Shown here piece by piece: positions 16,467 through 30,637 of a DNA stretch of 64,000 nt (position 1 is the first letter of the stretch; each line of letters starts with the position of its first letter). Origin of the DNA: the human T2T-CHM13v2.0 reference genome, Homo sapiens. The stretch is taken from NCBI RefSeq assembly GCF_009914755.1, contig NC_060926.1. The stretch is one strand, 5' to 3'. Under the pieces are notes generated by a model. That model was not told the DNA's origin and ran no database searches. It worked only from the letters and a program-made list of their open reading frames with translations. The translations under genes were made by a program, and so were the position numbers.

Positions 16467-18908
16467 ACAATGAGAACATATCGGCACAGGGAGGGGAATA
16501 TCACACACTGGGGCCTGTCGCGGGGTACGGGGCGAGGGGAGGGATAGCATTAGGAGAAATACCTAATGTAGATGACGGTTTGATGGATGCAGCAAACTAC
16601 CATGACACATGTATACCATGTAACAAACATGCACGTTTGGCATGTGTATCTCAGAACTTAAAATATAATAATAAAAAAAGGAGCATATAAAAAGAAAAGT
16701 AAAATGTTCATTACATTTACTTGTTATAGCCCCATCCCTAGCAAGTGGAGCATACCACTATTAGGAGAAAACTCCCAACTCACGGCTTCTACCTTGGGAA
16801 GGAAAGAGAAGAAAAAATTGTGAACCAAAAACTTTAGTTTTCAGGGGATGGACAAAGGAATAGTTTCTGTCTCGCCTGACTGAGAGCACTGACAGGAACC
16901 AGCATAGTTTGAATGTCTGGAGGCTACTGAGAATAATGGCCAGTGCAGGAACTTGTTGCAGCCTTAGAGAGACTATGTTACTACACAAAGACAACAAAAG
17001 GAGCACGAGATTTTATATTTCTTAAAAATAAATAGGAACAAAACCTTTTAGTTGGGAATTACATGCTCAAGCCCAGAAAAGATACATCCCCAGAAAAGAT
17101 GACCCCAGCATATCCAGCTAGGCTGATTGGCAATGGTCTTCCCCTGTAAAAAGATAGTAAAGACTGGGAGAGGTGACTTTTTTCAAATGTCCAAATTTTA
17201 ACAAATGATTTTAAACTATACACAGAAACAGAGAAACATGGTTCAATTAAAGGAACAAAATAAAACTACAGAAACAAAACCCAAAGAAATGGAGATCTAC
17301 ATGCTTCCTAAAAGAAAAATCTTAAATAACTGTCATAAAGATGTTCAGTGAGCAAAATGAGAACACACAAAACTAAACGAAATCAGAAAAGTGCTGCAAG
17401 AACAAAATGAAAATAACAAAAAGAAAGTATTTTAAAAAACAGAAATTCTAGAGCTTAAGATTATAGGTGAATTGAAAATTTTAATAGAGGGGTTCAACAG
17501 CAGATTTGATCAAGCAGAAAAAGGAAACAGCGAACTGGAAGACAGATCATTTGAAATAATTGAGGCAGAGGAGCAAATAGAAAAAAAAAATGAACAAAAG
17601 TGAAGAAAGCCTAAGGGATTTGTGGGATACAATTAAGCACACCAACATATGCATTATGAAAATTTCAGAAGGACAAGCAAGAGCTAAAAGGACAAAAAGG
17701 CCAGTAAAGAAATAATGGCCAAATACTTCCCAAATTTGGTGAATAAAATGAACCTTCACATTTAAGAAGCTTAATGAACTCAAACTAATTAAACCCAAAG
17801 AAGCTTATATTAAGACACATTGTAATCAAGCTGTCAAAATCACAAAAAAACAAACCTTGAAAGCAGCAACAGAAAAGCAACTTGTCGTATTTCATGATAA
17901 TCCCATATGATTATCAGCAGGTTTCTTAGCAGAAACATTACAGTCCAGAATAGAGTGAGATGATATATTCAAAATGCTGAAAGAAAAAAAAAGCCAACAA
18001 GAAATGCTATATCAGACAAAACTCCTTCAAAAATGACAGAGAAATTTAGACTTTCCCAGATAAACAGAAGCCTTGGGAGTTCATTACCACTGGACCTGCA
18101 CTCCAAAAAAATGCTAATGAAAGCTCCTCAAGTTGAAAGAAAAGGATACTAGATAGCCACATAAAAGCATATGAAAATACAAAGTGCTCTGGTACATGTG
18201 TAAGATGGACAAACAGAATCCTGTAGTTTTGTAATGTTGATGCATAAATTACTTCTAATTCTGGTATAGTATTTAAAAGAGAAATTAAAACTACAAATTT
18301 ATTTCAATGGATACACAGAATAACAAGATATAATTTGCAAAATCAATAACATAAAATGTCTGGGGGACAGAGATGTAAACAAATAGAGTGTTTACATGCA
18401 ATTCAAGTTAAGTCAATACTAGTTTAAAATAGATTGTTGTATGTTTAAGATTTTTTTAATGTAATCCCCATAATAACCACACAGAAAATACCTGTAAAAG
18501 ATAAACAGAAGGAAATGAGAAAGAAGTCAATGCATGTCACTACAAAACAGTAAAAAATCAACAAAACATGAAAAAAGATAGCAGAAGAGGAAAAAAATAG
18601 CCAAAATACAAACAATACACACATAATTCAATTAACAAATGACCATAATAAATTCTTCCCTATCAGTAATTACTTTAAATATAAATGAAGAAATGCCTCC
18701 ATGAAAAGACATAGATTAGCTAAAGGATTTAAAAACAAGATTCATCTATATGTTGTATGCAAGACAACTTAAATCTAAGGACACACCTAGGCTGAAAGTA
18801 AAAAGAAAAAGGTATCTCATGCAAATCTTAACCAAAAGGTAGCAGGAGTGGACACACTTGTATCAGACACAATAGGCTTTAAGTCAAAAACTGTAAAAAG
18901 AGAAAAAA

Positions 18909-19035
18909 ATGACATATATAATGATATATATAATAATAATATATAATATTTAATAATATGTCATTACATATATAATGATATATATAATAATATATAATAT
19001 ATAATAATATATCATTTTATATATATATAATGATA
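18909..19035. repeat. AT-rich simple-repeat expansion inside L1 ORF2
   Basis: catatataatgatatatataataat units are repeated, with an inverted aatgacatat/atatgtcatt pair. Confidence 0.8.
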
Positions 19036-22000
19036 AAAGGGTCAGCTCATTAGGAAGATATAACAATTATAAACATATATGCCCCTAACATCAGAATTCC
19101 CAAACATATGAAGCAAACCTTGACAGAACTGAAGAGAGAAATGGACAGTAATACAATAATAATAGGAGACTTCAACAGACACTTTCAATAGTGGATAGAA
19201 CAACAAGCAGAAGCTTAGTTGGGACACACAGAACTTGAACAACACTATAGGCCAGTTGGAGCTTACAGACATATACCAAACATTCCATCCAACAACAGCA
19301 GAATACATTCTTCTCAGAGACATGTGAAACTGTTCTAGAAATACCATGTTACGCCAGAGTAGAAGACTTAACAAACTTAAGAAGACTGAAATTACACCAA
19401 GTATTCTTTCTTACCACAATGGAATGGAAATAGAAATCATAGCAGAAGGAAATCTAGAAAATTTACAAATATGTAGGACTTAACACACTTTTGAACAACC
19501 AATGAGTCAAAGAAGAAATCACAAGAAAAATTAGAAAGTATCCTGAGGCAAATGAAAACAAAAATAAAACATATCAAAACTTGTAAGACGTAGCAAAAAC
19601 AGTAGTAAGAGAAAGGTTTATAGCAACAAATATTTATATTAAGAAAAGAAGAAATATATCAAATAAACAACCTAACTTTACAGCTCAAGAAAATAGAAAA
19701 AGAAAAAAATGAATCCCAAAGTGAGCAGAAGGAAGGAAATAAAAATGACTTGAGCAGAAACAATTGAAATTAAGAATTTCAAAAAATAAAAATAAAAAGT
19801 CAATGAAACTAAGAATTGGTTTCTTGAGAAGATGAACAAAGTTGAAGAATCTTTACCTAGATTAACTAAGAAGAAAGAATACTCAAATAACTATAATCAG
19901 AAATAAAAAAAGGAGACATTACAACTGGTACCAAAGAAATAAAGAGGATTATAAGATATTGCTATGAACAATTATATGCCAACAAATTAGAAACACATAA
20001 TCTACCAAGACTGAATCATGAAGAAATAGAAAATCGGAATCAACCAATTATCAGTAGGAGATTGAGTCAGTAATCAAAAACCTCCCACAAATGACAAAAA
20101 AGCCCAGGCCAGATGATTTCACTGAGGAATTCTTCCACACACTTAAGGAAGAATTAAACATAATCTTTCTCAAGCTCTTCAAACAAAAATTGAGCAGGAA
20201 GGAACACTTACAAGCTCATTTTGTAAAATCAGCATCATCCTGTTACTAAAGCCACAAAAAATACTACAAGAAAAGAAAACTGCACACCAATATTTCTGAT
20301 GAATATTGATGTGAAAATCCTCAACAAAATACCAGCAAACCAAATTACAAATTAAAATGATTGTATATTATGACCAAGTAGGATTATATATCATGACCAA
20401 GTAGGATTTATTCCTGGAATGCAAAGATAGTTTGACAGATGAAAATCAACAGAATGAAAGGAAAACAAAATCACGAGATTATCACAATTTATATAGAAAA
20501 AATGCATTTGACAAAATTCAATAATCTTTTATTATAAAATACCCAACAAACTAGGAGTAGAAGGAAATCACCTCAATATAATGAAGGCCATATATTAAAA
20601 CCCTACAGCTAACATCATACTCAATAGTAAAAAACTGAAAGCTTTTTCTCTAAGATCAGAAACAACGTAATGATGCCCATTGTCATCATTTCTATTTATC
20701 GTAATACTGGAAGTCCTACTCACAAGCAATTAGGTAAGAAAACAAAATAAAAATCATCCAAAAATTGGAAAGAAGGGAATAAAATGATGTGTTCTCCAAT
20801 GACATAACTTCTTATAAAAAACCTGAAAGATTCTACAAAAAGACTGTTAGAATTAATAATTAAATTCAATAAAGTTGCAGGCTACAAAATTGACATGCAA
20901 AATTCAGCTGCTTTTTAATGCATTAACAATGAACAATCTGAAAGGAAAATTAAGAAAGCAACCCATTTACAACAGCATCAAAAATAATAAAATACTTAGG
21001 AAATAACCTTAACCAGGGAGACAAAAGATTGTACATTGAAAACTACAAAATATCCCTGAAATAAATTAAAGAAGACACAAATAAATAGAAAGACATCTGT
21101 GCTTATGAAGTGGAATAATTAATATTGTTAAACTACTTATTCAACTCAAAGTGATTTACAGATCCAATGCAATGCCTATCAAAATTGCAATGTGTTTTTT
21201 GCAGAAAAAAATAAGAAATACTAAAATTCGTATGGAATCTAAAGGAACCCTAAATAGACAAAACAATCTTCCAAAGAATAAAATTGGAGGCTTCACACTC
21301 CCTAATTTCAAAACTTATTATGAAGCTGCAGTAATTGAAGTAGCATGGTCCTGGCATAAAGGCAGACATACAGACCAATGAAACAAAATAGAGAGTCCAG
21401 AAATAAACTCCCATGCATACGGTTAAATGAACTTTGAAAGACTACAAAGATGATACAATGGGCGAAGGACAGTCTCTTTAACAAATGATGCTGAAAAAAC
21501 TGAGTATCTGCATGCAAAAGAATAAAGTTGGACCCTTATCTTGCACTATACATAAAAATTAACTCAAGATGAATTAAAAGCCTAAACAAAGACCTAAAAC
21601 TATAAAAGTCTTATAAAAACTCCAAGGGAAAAACTTCATGACATTGGATTTGGAATGATTTTGTTTGAATATGACACCAAAATCACAGGGAATAAAAGCA
21701 AATTCAGACAAATGGGACTACATTAAATTTAAAAACATTTGTGCATCAGAGGCAACAATCAATGGAATAAAAAGGCAGCCTATGGAGTGGGAGAAAATGT
21801 TTCTGAACATGCATCTCATAAGAAGTTAATATCTAGAATACATAAAAACTTCCACAACTCAACAACAACAACAACAAAAACGTGATTTTAAAATGGGCAA
21901 AGAACCTGAATGCACATGTCTTCAAAGAAGATATACAAATGCCCAATGAACATATGAAAAGATGCTCAACATCACTAATCATTAAAAAAATGGAAATCAA

Positions 22001-22710
22001 AACTATGTGAAATATCACTTCATACACATAAGGATGGCACTATCAAATAAACAAAAACAAAGGAAAAGAACAACTATTTTGTAAACACACAAAAAAACTT
22101 TGGTAATAATATGGAAAAAATGGATAATTTGTGAACTGTTGGTGGGAATAGTATACCCACAATAAGAAACAATATAGCAGATTCTCAAAAATTTAAAAAC
22201 AAGTTACCATATGAAACAGCAATCCCACTTCTAGGTATATAACCAAAAGAATTGAAAGTAGGATCCTGAAGAGGTATTTACAGCACTATTCACAATAGCT
22301 AAGACGTAAAAACAACCCAGATGTCCATGAATGAATGGATAAAGAAGAAGTTTTATATACCTAACGTGGTATATAAAAAAGAAGTTAATATTGCCACATT
22401 ATACAACATGGATAAACCTTGAGGACACTATGCAAAATGAAATAAACCAGTCATAAAATTCAAAAACTATATGATTGACTTAAATGAGATATCTAAAGTA
22501 GTTAATTTTATAAAGACAGAAAGTAGAATGGCAGTTGTCAGGGTCAGGAGAGAGAGGAAGTAGTTGTTTAATGGGTACAGATTTTCAGTTTTGCAGATTT
22601 ATTCCACAATAATGTAACAAAGTTAGCACTACTGTACTGTACATAGCTAAAACAGTAAATTTTATTTTATGTGTTTTTAACCACAATTTAGTAAATAACT
22701 AAATAAATCT

Positions 22711-22900
22711 CTACCAAACTCAATGTTTTTATCAAGATTTATCTAGTTTTCTCGAATAAACTCTCTGTAGATTGTCTTAAGCCTTTGATTAATTTCAAAA
22801 GCTACAAAAATGTTGATTTTGACAATTTTGCCATGTTCTTTTTGCTTTTATAGAGAAGTAAATGTTTGGAGGTGTTTACCTCACCATTCTAGATGTCTGA
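22711..22900 (-). mobile_element. 5' terminus of the outer antisense L1 (continuation from 10163)
   Basis: gaataaac...aagcctttgattaatttc...gttgattttgacaattttgcca...ctcaccattctagatgtc matches the antisense L1M4/L1MD-type 5' end. Confidence 0.65.
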
Positions 22901-24669
22901 CCTCCCCAACTTGAATCTTAAAAGATCACACCCTTTGGTAATTTGGCTCAAAAATCCCATTCATAGCTTAATTCCACAAGTAGCTAAGTAATGCCCTATA
23001 TATCCTGTTTTTGATGGTATTCCTTAAATTAAAACTACAGTATACTGTTCTAAGCACTGACACGTGTAGCACAGTTGAATAGATAGAACAGGGAAGATCT
23101 ATTTGAGTTTGCACAAGTCAGTCTCGGATTCCTCAATGGTAAAATGATTATTGTGATATTTGCTTCTTTCCAATAGCAGACCCACAATTTCTATTTAGAG
23201 GGGCAGTAGAGAAGTTACTGGTTGGATCTGGAGAACTATGGAATCTGCCTTGAAATCATGTTTTCATAGGTAAGACAATGCTATTTATTTAGATTGCATG
23301 TCTATTTGTGGTGACTTGGGGAGGAGCTTTGACTAGAGACTTTATTTGCTTTGCAAATGCACGGTTTTATTGAGAATGCCAGTTTATTGACAGTCTTTGT
23401 ATGAGGGCCATTGAGGATCCCTAACCCTTAAGCACAGCAGCTGCTTCCCCTTTCCTTACCTTATTACTCTAAGGAAGAAGGAGGGAGCATATGCTATTTT
23501 AAAATTATTAAACTACACAAAATGAAGTGTAGCTGGAGACTATAATTATGTAATTACTTTAGCGGCTCCCACTAAGTGTGACATCTCAGACTAAACATTC
23601 TCTGTTACAAAGGGCAGGGGCTAACTGAAGACCATGTTGTGCTTTTTATGTAGATTGCTTCTGAGAAAAACCAATTTTCCCACGACCCACCTCTTATGTG
23701 TTAACTTACCTTTACAAGTCAGTAGACAGATGTCTTAGCACATAGTTTCCTAAATATCATATTGATTGATGTTACTATGTTAATTAGCTGAGCAGTCTGC
23801 CTTACAAAGGACCTACATGAGTAATCATGGTCAATCAGTTAAAAAAATTAACTTTTCCTTTTGCCTATTATGCAGCAAATGAAAGAGTGGGTCACTTGTC
23901 ATACATGAAAAAACATTAAGCAAGATAAGGGAGTGATAACTAACGCTGAAGTTAGATACAAAGGCTTTTTTTATGCCTTTTTCCATTATTCCAAAAGATT
24001 CCGATGATCCACCAAGGAATCAGTATGGCTTTATGATTAATCCTAAGATAATAATGTGACTATATTCCACCACTTAGCTGAGAAAAGTGCCCACAGTGCC
24101 TAAGCCAGGTAAAAGGTTTTGACGACTGGGGAAGTGGTTGAATTGTTCCTTTAATCTAGATTCAATGCAACAGATCTCTCAAGTTCAATATTATGGGGGT
24201 GTGGAAAAGTTATTTTGGGGGGTTAATAATTCAATATTGCCTTATTCTGTGGTTTCAAATTTCCATTAGCAAATGATTTCCTTTAATAAATCTTTTATGA
24301 TTAGAACTAGCTACTCTGATGTCTTCATAATTGTCGACCTCACCATTGTTTATTTATATAAGACTCTTTTGCCCTTGTTTCTTGTTGAACACAAGTCAGT
24401 TATTTGCTGTGCCTCAGTGTCTGTGTTCTCAATAATATGGTGAAGTCCGTGATAAGAAAGGCCAGATCTGCTGTGTATCCACTTTTAGGATTTAGAACAG
24501 TGTTGTGCTTTTACTGAGTGTCTAGAGCAAGTCAATGACCCAATCACATTGAGATCTTACTGTGTTTTGTTATTTAAAACACATTTTCACCTCCACTATT
24601 TTGTTTGATTAGATTCTAAGAAATGCCAATACTGTAGAATCCCTTGGCTAGTTGTAATAAATTACTAAG

Positions 24670-25350
24670 GTTGTTGGCATCAGTTATCTGGCCTTATAAG
24701 AGATTCCCAGGTTTATTTTAGGGAATGACTCCCTTTTTATTCTTCACCCTTGTGATTTAAGTGTGAGAAGATCACATCCCAGTTTCCAGAGAAGATACTT
24801 GATTCAGGTTTGTCCAATCAATGCATTCTATACCCCAGCCACAGTATTAATTTTCATGGATGGTATATAACAACAGTAAATTTTATATGCTTGGCACATG
24901 CATTAAACTTATTTAATACTTCCAACAAGCCTACAAAGTAGGAATTACTATTATCTTTAATATGCAGATAAGGAAACTGAGACACAGAGTATAAATTTCC
25001 TGGAAGAGATCAAATAGCTAGTGAATGGTAGAGTCAGAATGCAGACCCAGGCAGTCCACACCAGTCTATGCTCTCACCAGGGTACTTAGAGTCTAGTTCC
25101 TTGCTAGAATCAACAGAAAGGAAGTGCTGCAAGGATAAGTTGAGGCAGGAGCTGCTTGACACCATCAAGTAGAAAGGCCTGCCTGAGAAAATGTCATCAT
25201 AGAGGAAAGCATATAGAAGAACAGGCTGAGTTCTGATGACATTGATTGAGGCCTTGGATTTAGTGGTTTCTGAAGCTTTTAACCTGGGACTTGGCAGTTT
25301 TGTTAGCTAATATATTTTTCTTTTCTTCTTAACTTGCAAATAGCAAGTCT
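24670..25350 (+). mobile_element. Old MaLR LTR (MLT1K/L-like) interrupted by an antisense MIR (~24870-25080)
   Basis: MLT1-type ccaatcaatgcattc...gccacagt and gcctgcctgagaa...gttctgatgacatt. MIR core tgcagataaggaaactgagacacagag. Confidence 0.55.
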
Positions 25351-28139
25351 AAAGAAAACAAAGTTGAAAGCAAACTTTAAATTAAATTTGCACAAGCAGT
25401 TATCATCACTGCCCTCAGAAGAACCATTATTAAACTGGTAAGTGTTGAAAGGATTAGTGATATGCACTTTAATTCCATAAATATTTATTTAGGTGAGGGG
25501 ACTGAGACCTGGGAGATTCATGCTCTTTATATTATGCATTAGGTAGAACAAAACTAATCTTGTTAAGAATTGGTGGGGACAGGGGGATAGTGAGTATCTT
25601 GGCAATCACTAACAAAATGGCCACCATCCTTAGAAAGGAAAAACTAAAAAATAAATAAATAAAATAAAAACAAAAAAACAAAAAAAAACACTTTGTTTCC
25701 CCCTGCTACTCCTAATGATGAGTAAACCTCAAAAAGAGGGCATTGAATTGTCAGAAAGATTTCAGAGTCGAAAGAAACACTGTAAGTTTCAAGTATAATA
25801 CGAGATTCTGTATTCCAGTCCTTGATGTAACAGCTAGATTCCTGTCTACAAAGATCCTATCCTGTAGAAATACGAGCTCCTTCAGCTTCAGCCTAGATGA
25901 TCTTCTCTGTCCACCCTCTGAGAGGGCAAATGAGTGACGCCAACCCCTAATAGAAGTGGTCAGAAACAACCTTAATATTATCAGGTAATTCATCCTGCCA
26001 TGCTGCCCAGCAATGCCCCTCGGGGCCTGCTACTTGAAAGTGCCCCTCTTGTAGTCAGCTTGTCTGATATGCTTGTGCTGCCAAAGAGGGTGCCCCGAAA
26101 GGCACTTAAGGGAATTGAAGGGTATATGGTTACAGAATCAGTTTCATATATGAAGAATTTGTATCTGCTATTATGTCAGTGTTTGAAGAGTGAAAAAAGC
26201 ACTCAATATACTTGCATTTATGAAAACTAGAGATAGGCTGCCTCCCCACTCTCCAACCCAATCTTAAGCAATTTATGCAGTATTAATGTCTACAACCTGC
26301 TTTCTGACTTCTTTTATCACTTTCCTTTTTTTTTTTTTCCTTTCTGATTGGACAATTACATCTAGACTAGTTATAACCGCCAGTGCAGCACCAGGTCCTC
26401 TAATTTATGTGTTAATGTGGTGTTCTGGAAGCTTGATGTTAAAATGATGAATATCACCTGGGAAGAAGATTGGATGAGAACAAAAGAACCGGCAAGTTGC
26501 CTTGTGGAAATAGCTTTCGACTTTATCAAACCATGGGGTAACATGTCAGATTATATTACGTACAATTAATTATTAATGCAGTCTGGGCCTTATTTTGAAA
26601 AGCGCAAACATGCACTTCCAATAATTTCCTTCCCATGGAAAATCTGTTGTGTCCCTCAAATTGAGCAGCAAAATGTCCCTCACAAAATACCTTAAAGCTT
26701 CCATTTCTCCAGATTTAGCATGCATCTGAGACAAGAAAGCTTTCACAAGCCTCCTTGCCACGGACAAAACAGAGATGTGTTTTTGCTTAATTAAAATTCT
26801 TTTTTGGCAACAGATGTCCTTGCAAAAATAGCTCAGAGTGCGGTGAAGCATTTTTATGGGCTGGAGTTCAGCAATGAGGAGCCCGTCATCTGCCTTCTCT
26901 GCTCTGAGAGCAACACAAGAGACCAGGTGGCTGGTCACAGTTTGAAAAGTGAACAAATGTATTTATTCATTCTGAGCAATTTGCAACCCACTGGGAGAGC
27001 AGGAGCCCTGTCCCAGCCCCTAGCTTTTGAGAGCTAGGACTGTGAGGGAAGGGGGCTGTTTAATTGCTTTGCACAGTTTCTCTCACTAAAGCAATTAGCA
27101 CCCAGAGCAAAGTCCAGGAGAAGAACACAGCCAGGCCTCACACACATATGGTGGCCTGAAATCGGCCTGCCTACTGTCCCAGGCACACAGATGATTCAAT
27201 CAGTGATTCAGGCGGAGACCACGATGCTCTGCTTCCTGGGTTTGCTGCCACTGAAATGTTATCTTCCTATTCTTGAGCTTCTAATCCATTGAAGAACTAG
27301 CATACAGAGGGTGGGAGCTCATCAACTTCACACCTCGCTAACGCTACTGGAACAACAACAACAACAAAACCTTAATAGGCTCGAGAACTGAAAGAAGAGA
27401 AGTTTTCTTCTGATCTGTACTCAAGACTAAAGTGACTGCCCAATGGACGGAGAAATCAGATAAACCAACAGAGGTCACCTGGCTAAGTATCTGAATACAA
27501 TTAGAACCTGGATCTTAAAATAAATCAGGCAAAAGAACACACACTTTAAAAAATAAAAAAAAATACTTGCTAAGGCTTGTGTGGGTGGGACACATGGCTG
27601 TCATATATGACAAGATTCAGTGAAAATTACGTGAATCAACTGTGCGTTGTTGTCATTGTTGTTGTTTTTAATCTAACTACAAGGCTAGATTACAGCAAAG
27701 GCATTCTGTTTATTCTTAGTATATTCTGTCAATGACTGAACCAGATAATGCAATACAGCATAGTTCATTAATTAAGATAATCACACATATTCCATGTTAG
27801 TAAATTTTCCTGATAACTGAAGCCTTTCTCTTAAAGATTTAAGGTTTTCTAAAATATTTAACCACTTTCCTTGGAAATAATTTTAAAATATACACGTCTC
27901 TTTATTGTTAATCAAGGTTCAGAGAACACTCAAGGTTCACAGAGGGATACATTAACAAATTATTCTCTTCTTCCTTTTGTGCAAATTGTGTGCAATAATG
28001 TTCCCTTTGTGGTTAAGCTACTTTTTTATATTGAAAGAATATAATTTTATAAGTCTTACTTCTTTGCATGCGGACGGGACATCTGAGTGATTCATTCTAA
28101 AAATCTGAGGAGGTAGACAGGGTTACTGAACAGAATTAT

Positions 28140-29580
28140 CCATATATTCGTTTAACAACAATTTAGTGATCACCTACCCTGTCAAATACTCTTCCAGGAG
28201 CTAGGATTCAACAGTGAACAAAACAAAGTTCTAGGCACCTGGAATTTGCATTTGAATAGGATAGATAGCCAACCTAGCATTAAATTCATATGCAATACCA
28301 TTTCAGATAGAGCTGAGTGCTACAAAGAAAAACAAAGAAGAAAAGGGGAGGTGGTCAAAGAAAGCTTGTGACAGTTGAAAGTGATCTGAATGAAAAGAGG
28401 GAGGAGAAATTCATATAAATATGAGAGGATAACTCCAGGCAGGAGTTTTGGTTGGGAAACAATTCTCTGTGATGTTTCTACATGTGAGAACTTTGTTGGG
28501 AAGGACCTTTTTAAAGATGTTTGTATACTAAACAGCTTTGAAAGCTAAAATAGTATCTCTCTCTGGGTTAAAGGGCAGATTTGTTTCTTGACCAAGGTAA
28601 TAAATGATCATTTCTTTCTGAGGGTCAAAGGTCAGGCAGGATTGTTGTCAGCGACTTTAAAAGATTAGAGTTTTCTAAACTCAAAGCTCAAAAGCTGGAA
28701 CACCAGAAAGGTGTGTACAGCATCTACTTAGGCTGCCTTTGCAACAACTTCATGGAACTTGGGAGACAGAGGAACCAATGCAAAAAAGAAAGTCATGCTG
28801 CCTGCTGTGCCAGAAATAATAAACCATCTAGATCTATTTCAACTCATGGGAAAAAAGGAATTTCAAAAAGGAGGGAATGATTGACTGGTTCAAAGCCTGA
28901 GTATGAGGACTGAGAATTGGCTGTTTGATTTATCAATATCGAGGGTCATGCCAAATAAGAACTGTTCCTGAGGGCAAAATTACAGAGAAGATAAAAAGAG
29001 ATAAGAGAGATACTGAGTATAGCAAATTCCTTCAAGAATTTTCCTGTAAACCAGAGCAGAGGAAATGGGTACTCACTGGAAAGGTATATGGGAATCAAGA
29101 GAGGGGTTTTGTATTGTTGTTTTGTTTTAATATAAGAGACAGTATAATATGTTTGCATGTTGGGAAATAATGTAGTGGGGGAGGAATTTAATGATGAAGG
29201 AGACAAATGGCATCCCTGGAGGAGCAAAGTTCTCAAGTAGCTAAAAAGGAATGAGCTTCATCATGACACCTGCAGTGCTAACCTTGCATTGGGGCGCAGG
29301 CAATTGATTCACTATAACAGAAGAGGAGGCTGAATCTATAGCACAGGTGCAAATAATGCGCAAAATTTGGTAATGAGTGGATAGAGAAGTTTTCTTCCGA
29401 TTGCTTCTATTTTCTCAGTGACTGAAGTGAGAATCAAGTCATCGGTCCAGAATGAAGAGAGTGGAAGGGCTATTGGAAGTTGAGGAGAGAGATGATGGGG
29501 TGAAATAGTCACCTAGGAAAGTGAAAGAAGGCATTGATTGGAAAAAAAAGTAATATTGCAAGATGGCACCAGAAAGTGTC
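28140..29580 (-). mobile_element. L2 LINE fragments, interrupted by an ERV1 LTR
   Basis: Antisense L2 3' end (atttagtgatcacctac...cagtgaacaaaac) and purine-rich L2 body after ~28850. Confidence 0.55.
28450..28830 (+). mobile_element. ERV1 solo LTR, MER89/MER90-like, truncated
   Basis: gttgggaaacaattctc...gatgtttgtata...aacagctttgaaag...aaagggcagatttg...aaaggtcaggcagg, with aataaa near the end. Confidence 0.55.
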
Positions 29581-29592
29581 TACATTTCTGCA

Positions 29593-29866
29593 CCAGTGGT
29601 CTTTAAGATATTAAGTGATGTTAAAAAGTCACTCTATGGGCGGGAAGCCGGGGGTGGGCGGGGGATGCTTCCATGGCCAATTAAGTTGGAACATACTTGG
29701 CATCAAAAACTGATCACGTATCTTTACTAAAGAAGATTTCAGAGGCCTTAATATGTTATGCAAATGCTGACTTTCCCAAAAGGGTGATAGTATTCAAGGT
29801 TTCCTAAATGTATTTTACTGTGGAATATTAGTAGGGTTTTACAAAACATGTCTTAGAAAATGCTGG
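29593..29866. mobile_element. hAT-Charlie non-autonomous DNA transposon (MER112-like)
   Basis: cagtggtctt...agaaaatgctg termini; internal tttcagaggccttaatatgttatgca. Confidence 0.4.
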
Positions 29867-30609
29867 GTTAAATCATTGATGTCCAGCTATATTTGTCTAG
29901 GTTAAATAGACCACTATTCCTTTGGAGTAGAACTAGAAACATCAGGCATGGTTCATCAGAGAACTGGGTTCTAAAAGTAGTAATTGACACATTTAATGAA
30001 ACACTCTAGTCATTGTGAGACACAGCATGACCTGGAGACCCCATGACTTCCAAGGGAGATCACTAGTTGAGTTTCCAAAAATGTGACCATAGGGTAGTCA
30101 GAAGTCCAGAGGAGGAATCTTTAGACCAGAGAGAAAACAGTCTTTTTACCCTGAGCGTTCACTGAGGGTTGGAAGGGATGTCTAAGAAATGATTATGGAA
30201 TAGCTTTGAACCCTCAGGCACAAGCCTTCAGCACACAGGCAGGTAGAAAGTGATTTCTGCACTTCAAGAGCCTTGAGGGAACAACCACAAGGGCTCAAGC
30301 TCAGGAGCAAGGTAAGTAAATGGGTTTTTATTAGGGATAGAGTATTTCACTGGGCTTAGTAGCAGTTCTATTCTGATTCTACTTTGAGTTAAAGTCTAGG
30401 TAGCTTATGCTAGCACATCTAAAATAAAATTCTAGCTATGTTATTAAAAGTTTTCAGTACTATGTAGGAAGGGCATTCTGAAAAGGCTGGCTAGAATTAA
30501 AATAAAATTTTAATTTGTTCAAGTAGTATAACTTCTATTTTGGCTATTTTTGTCATTATCCCTCTTAAGCTTTGTCTTAGGAATTAGAAATGAGTGTACG
30601 TGTGCATGT

Positions 30610-30637
30610 ACACACACACACACGCGCACACACACAC
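30610..30637. repeat. (CA)n microsatellite, interrupted by gcgc
   Basis: Seen directly. Confidence 0.85.

Noticed and set aside
26573-27037. 127-aa and 77-aa ORFs as coding exons
   Set aside because: No recognisable domain, non-ATG starts, and no consistent splice frame.
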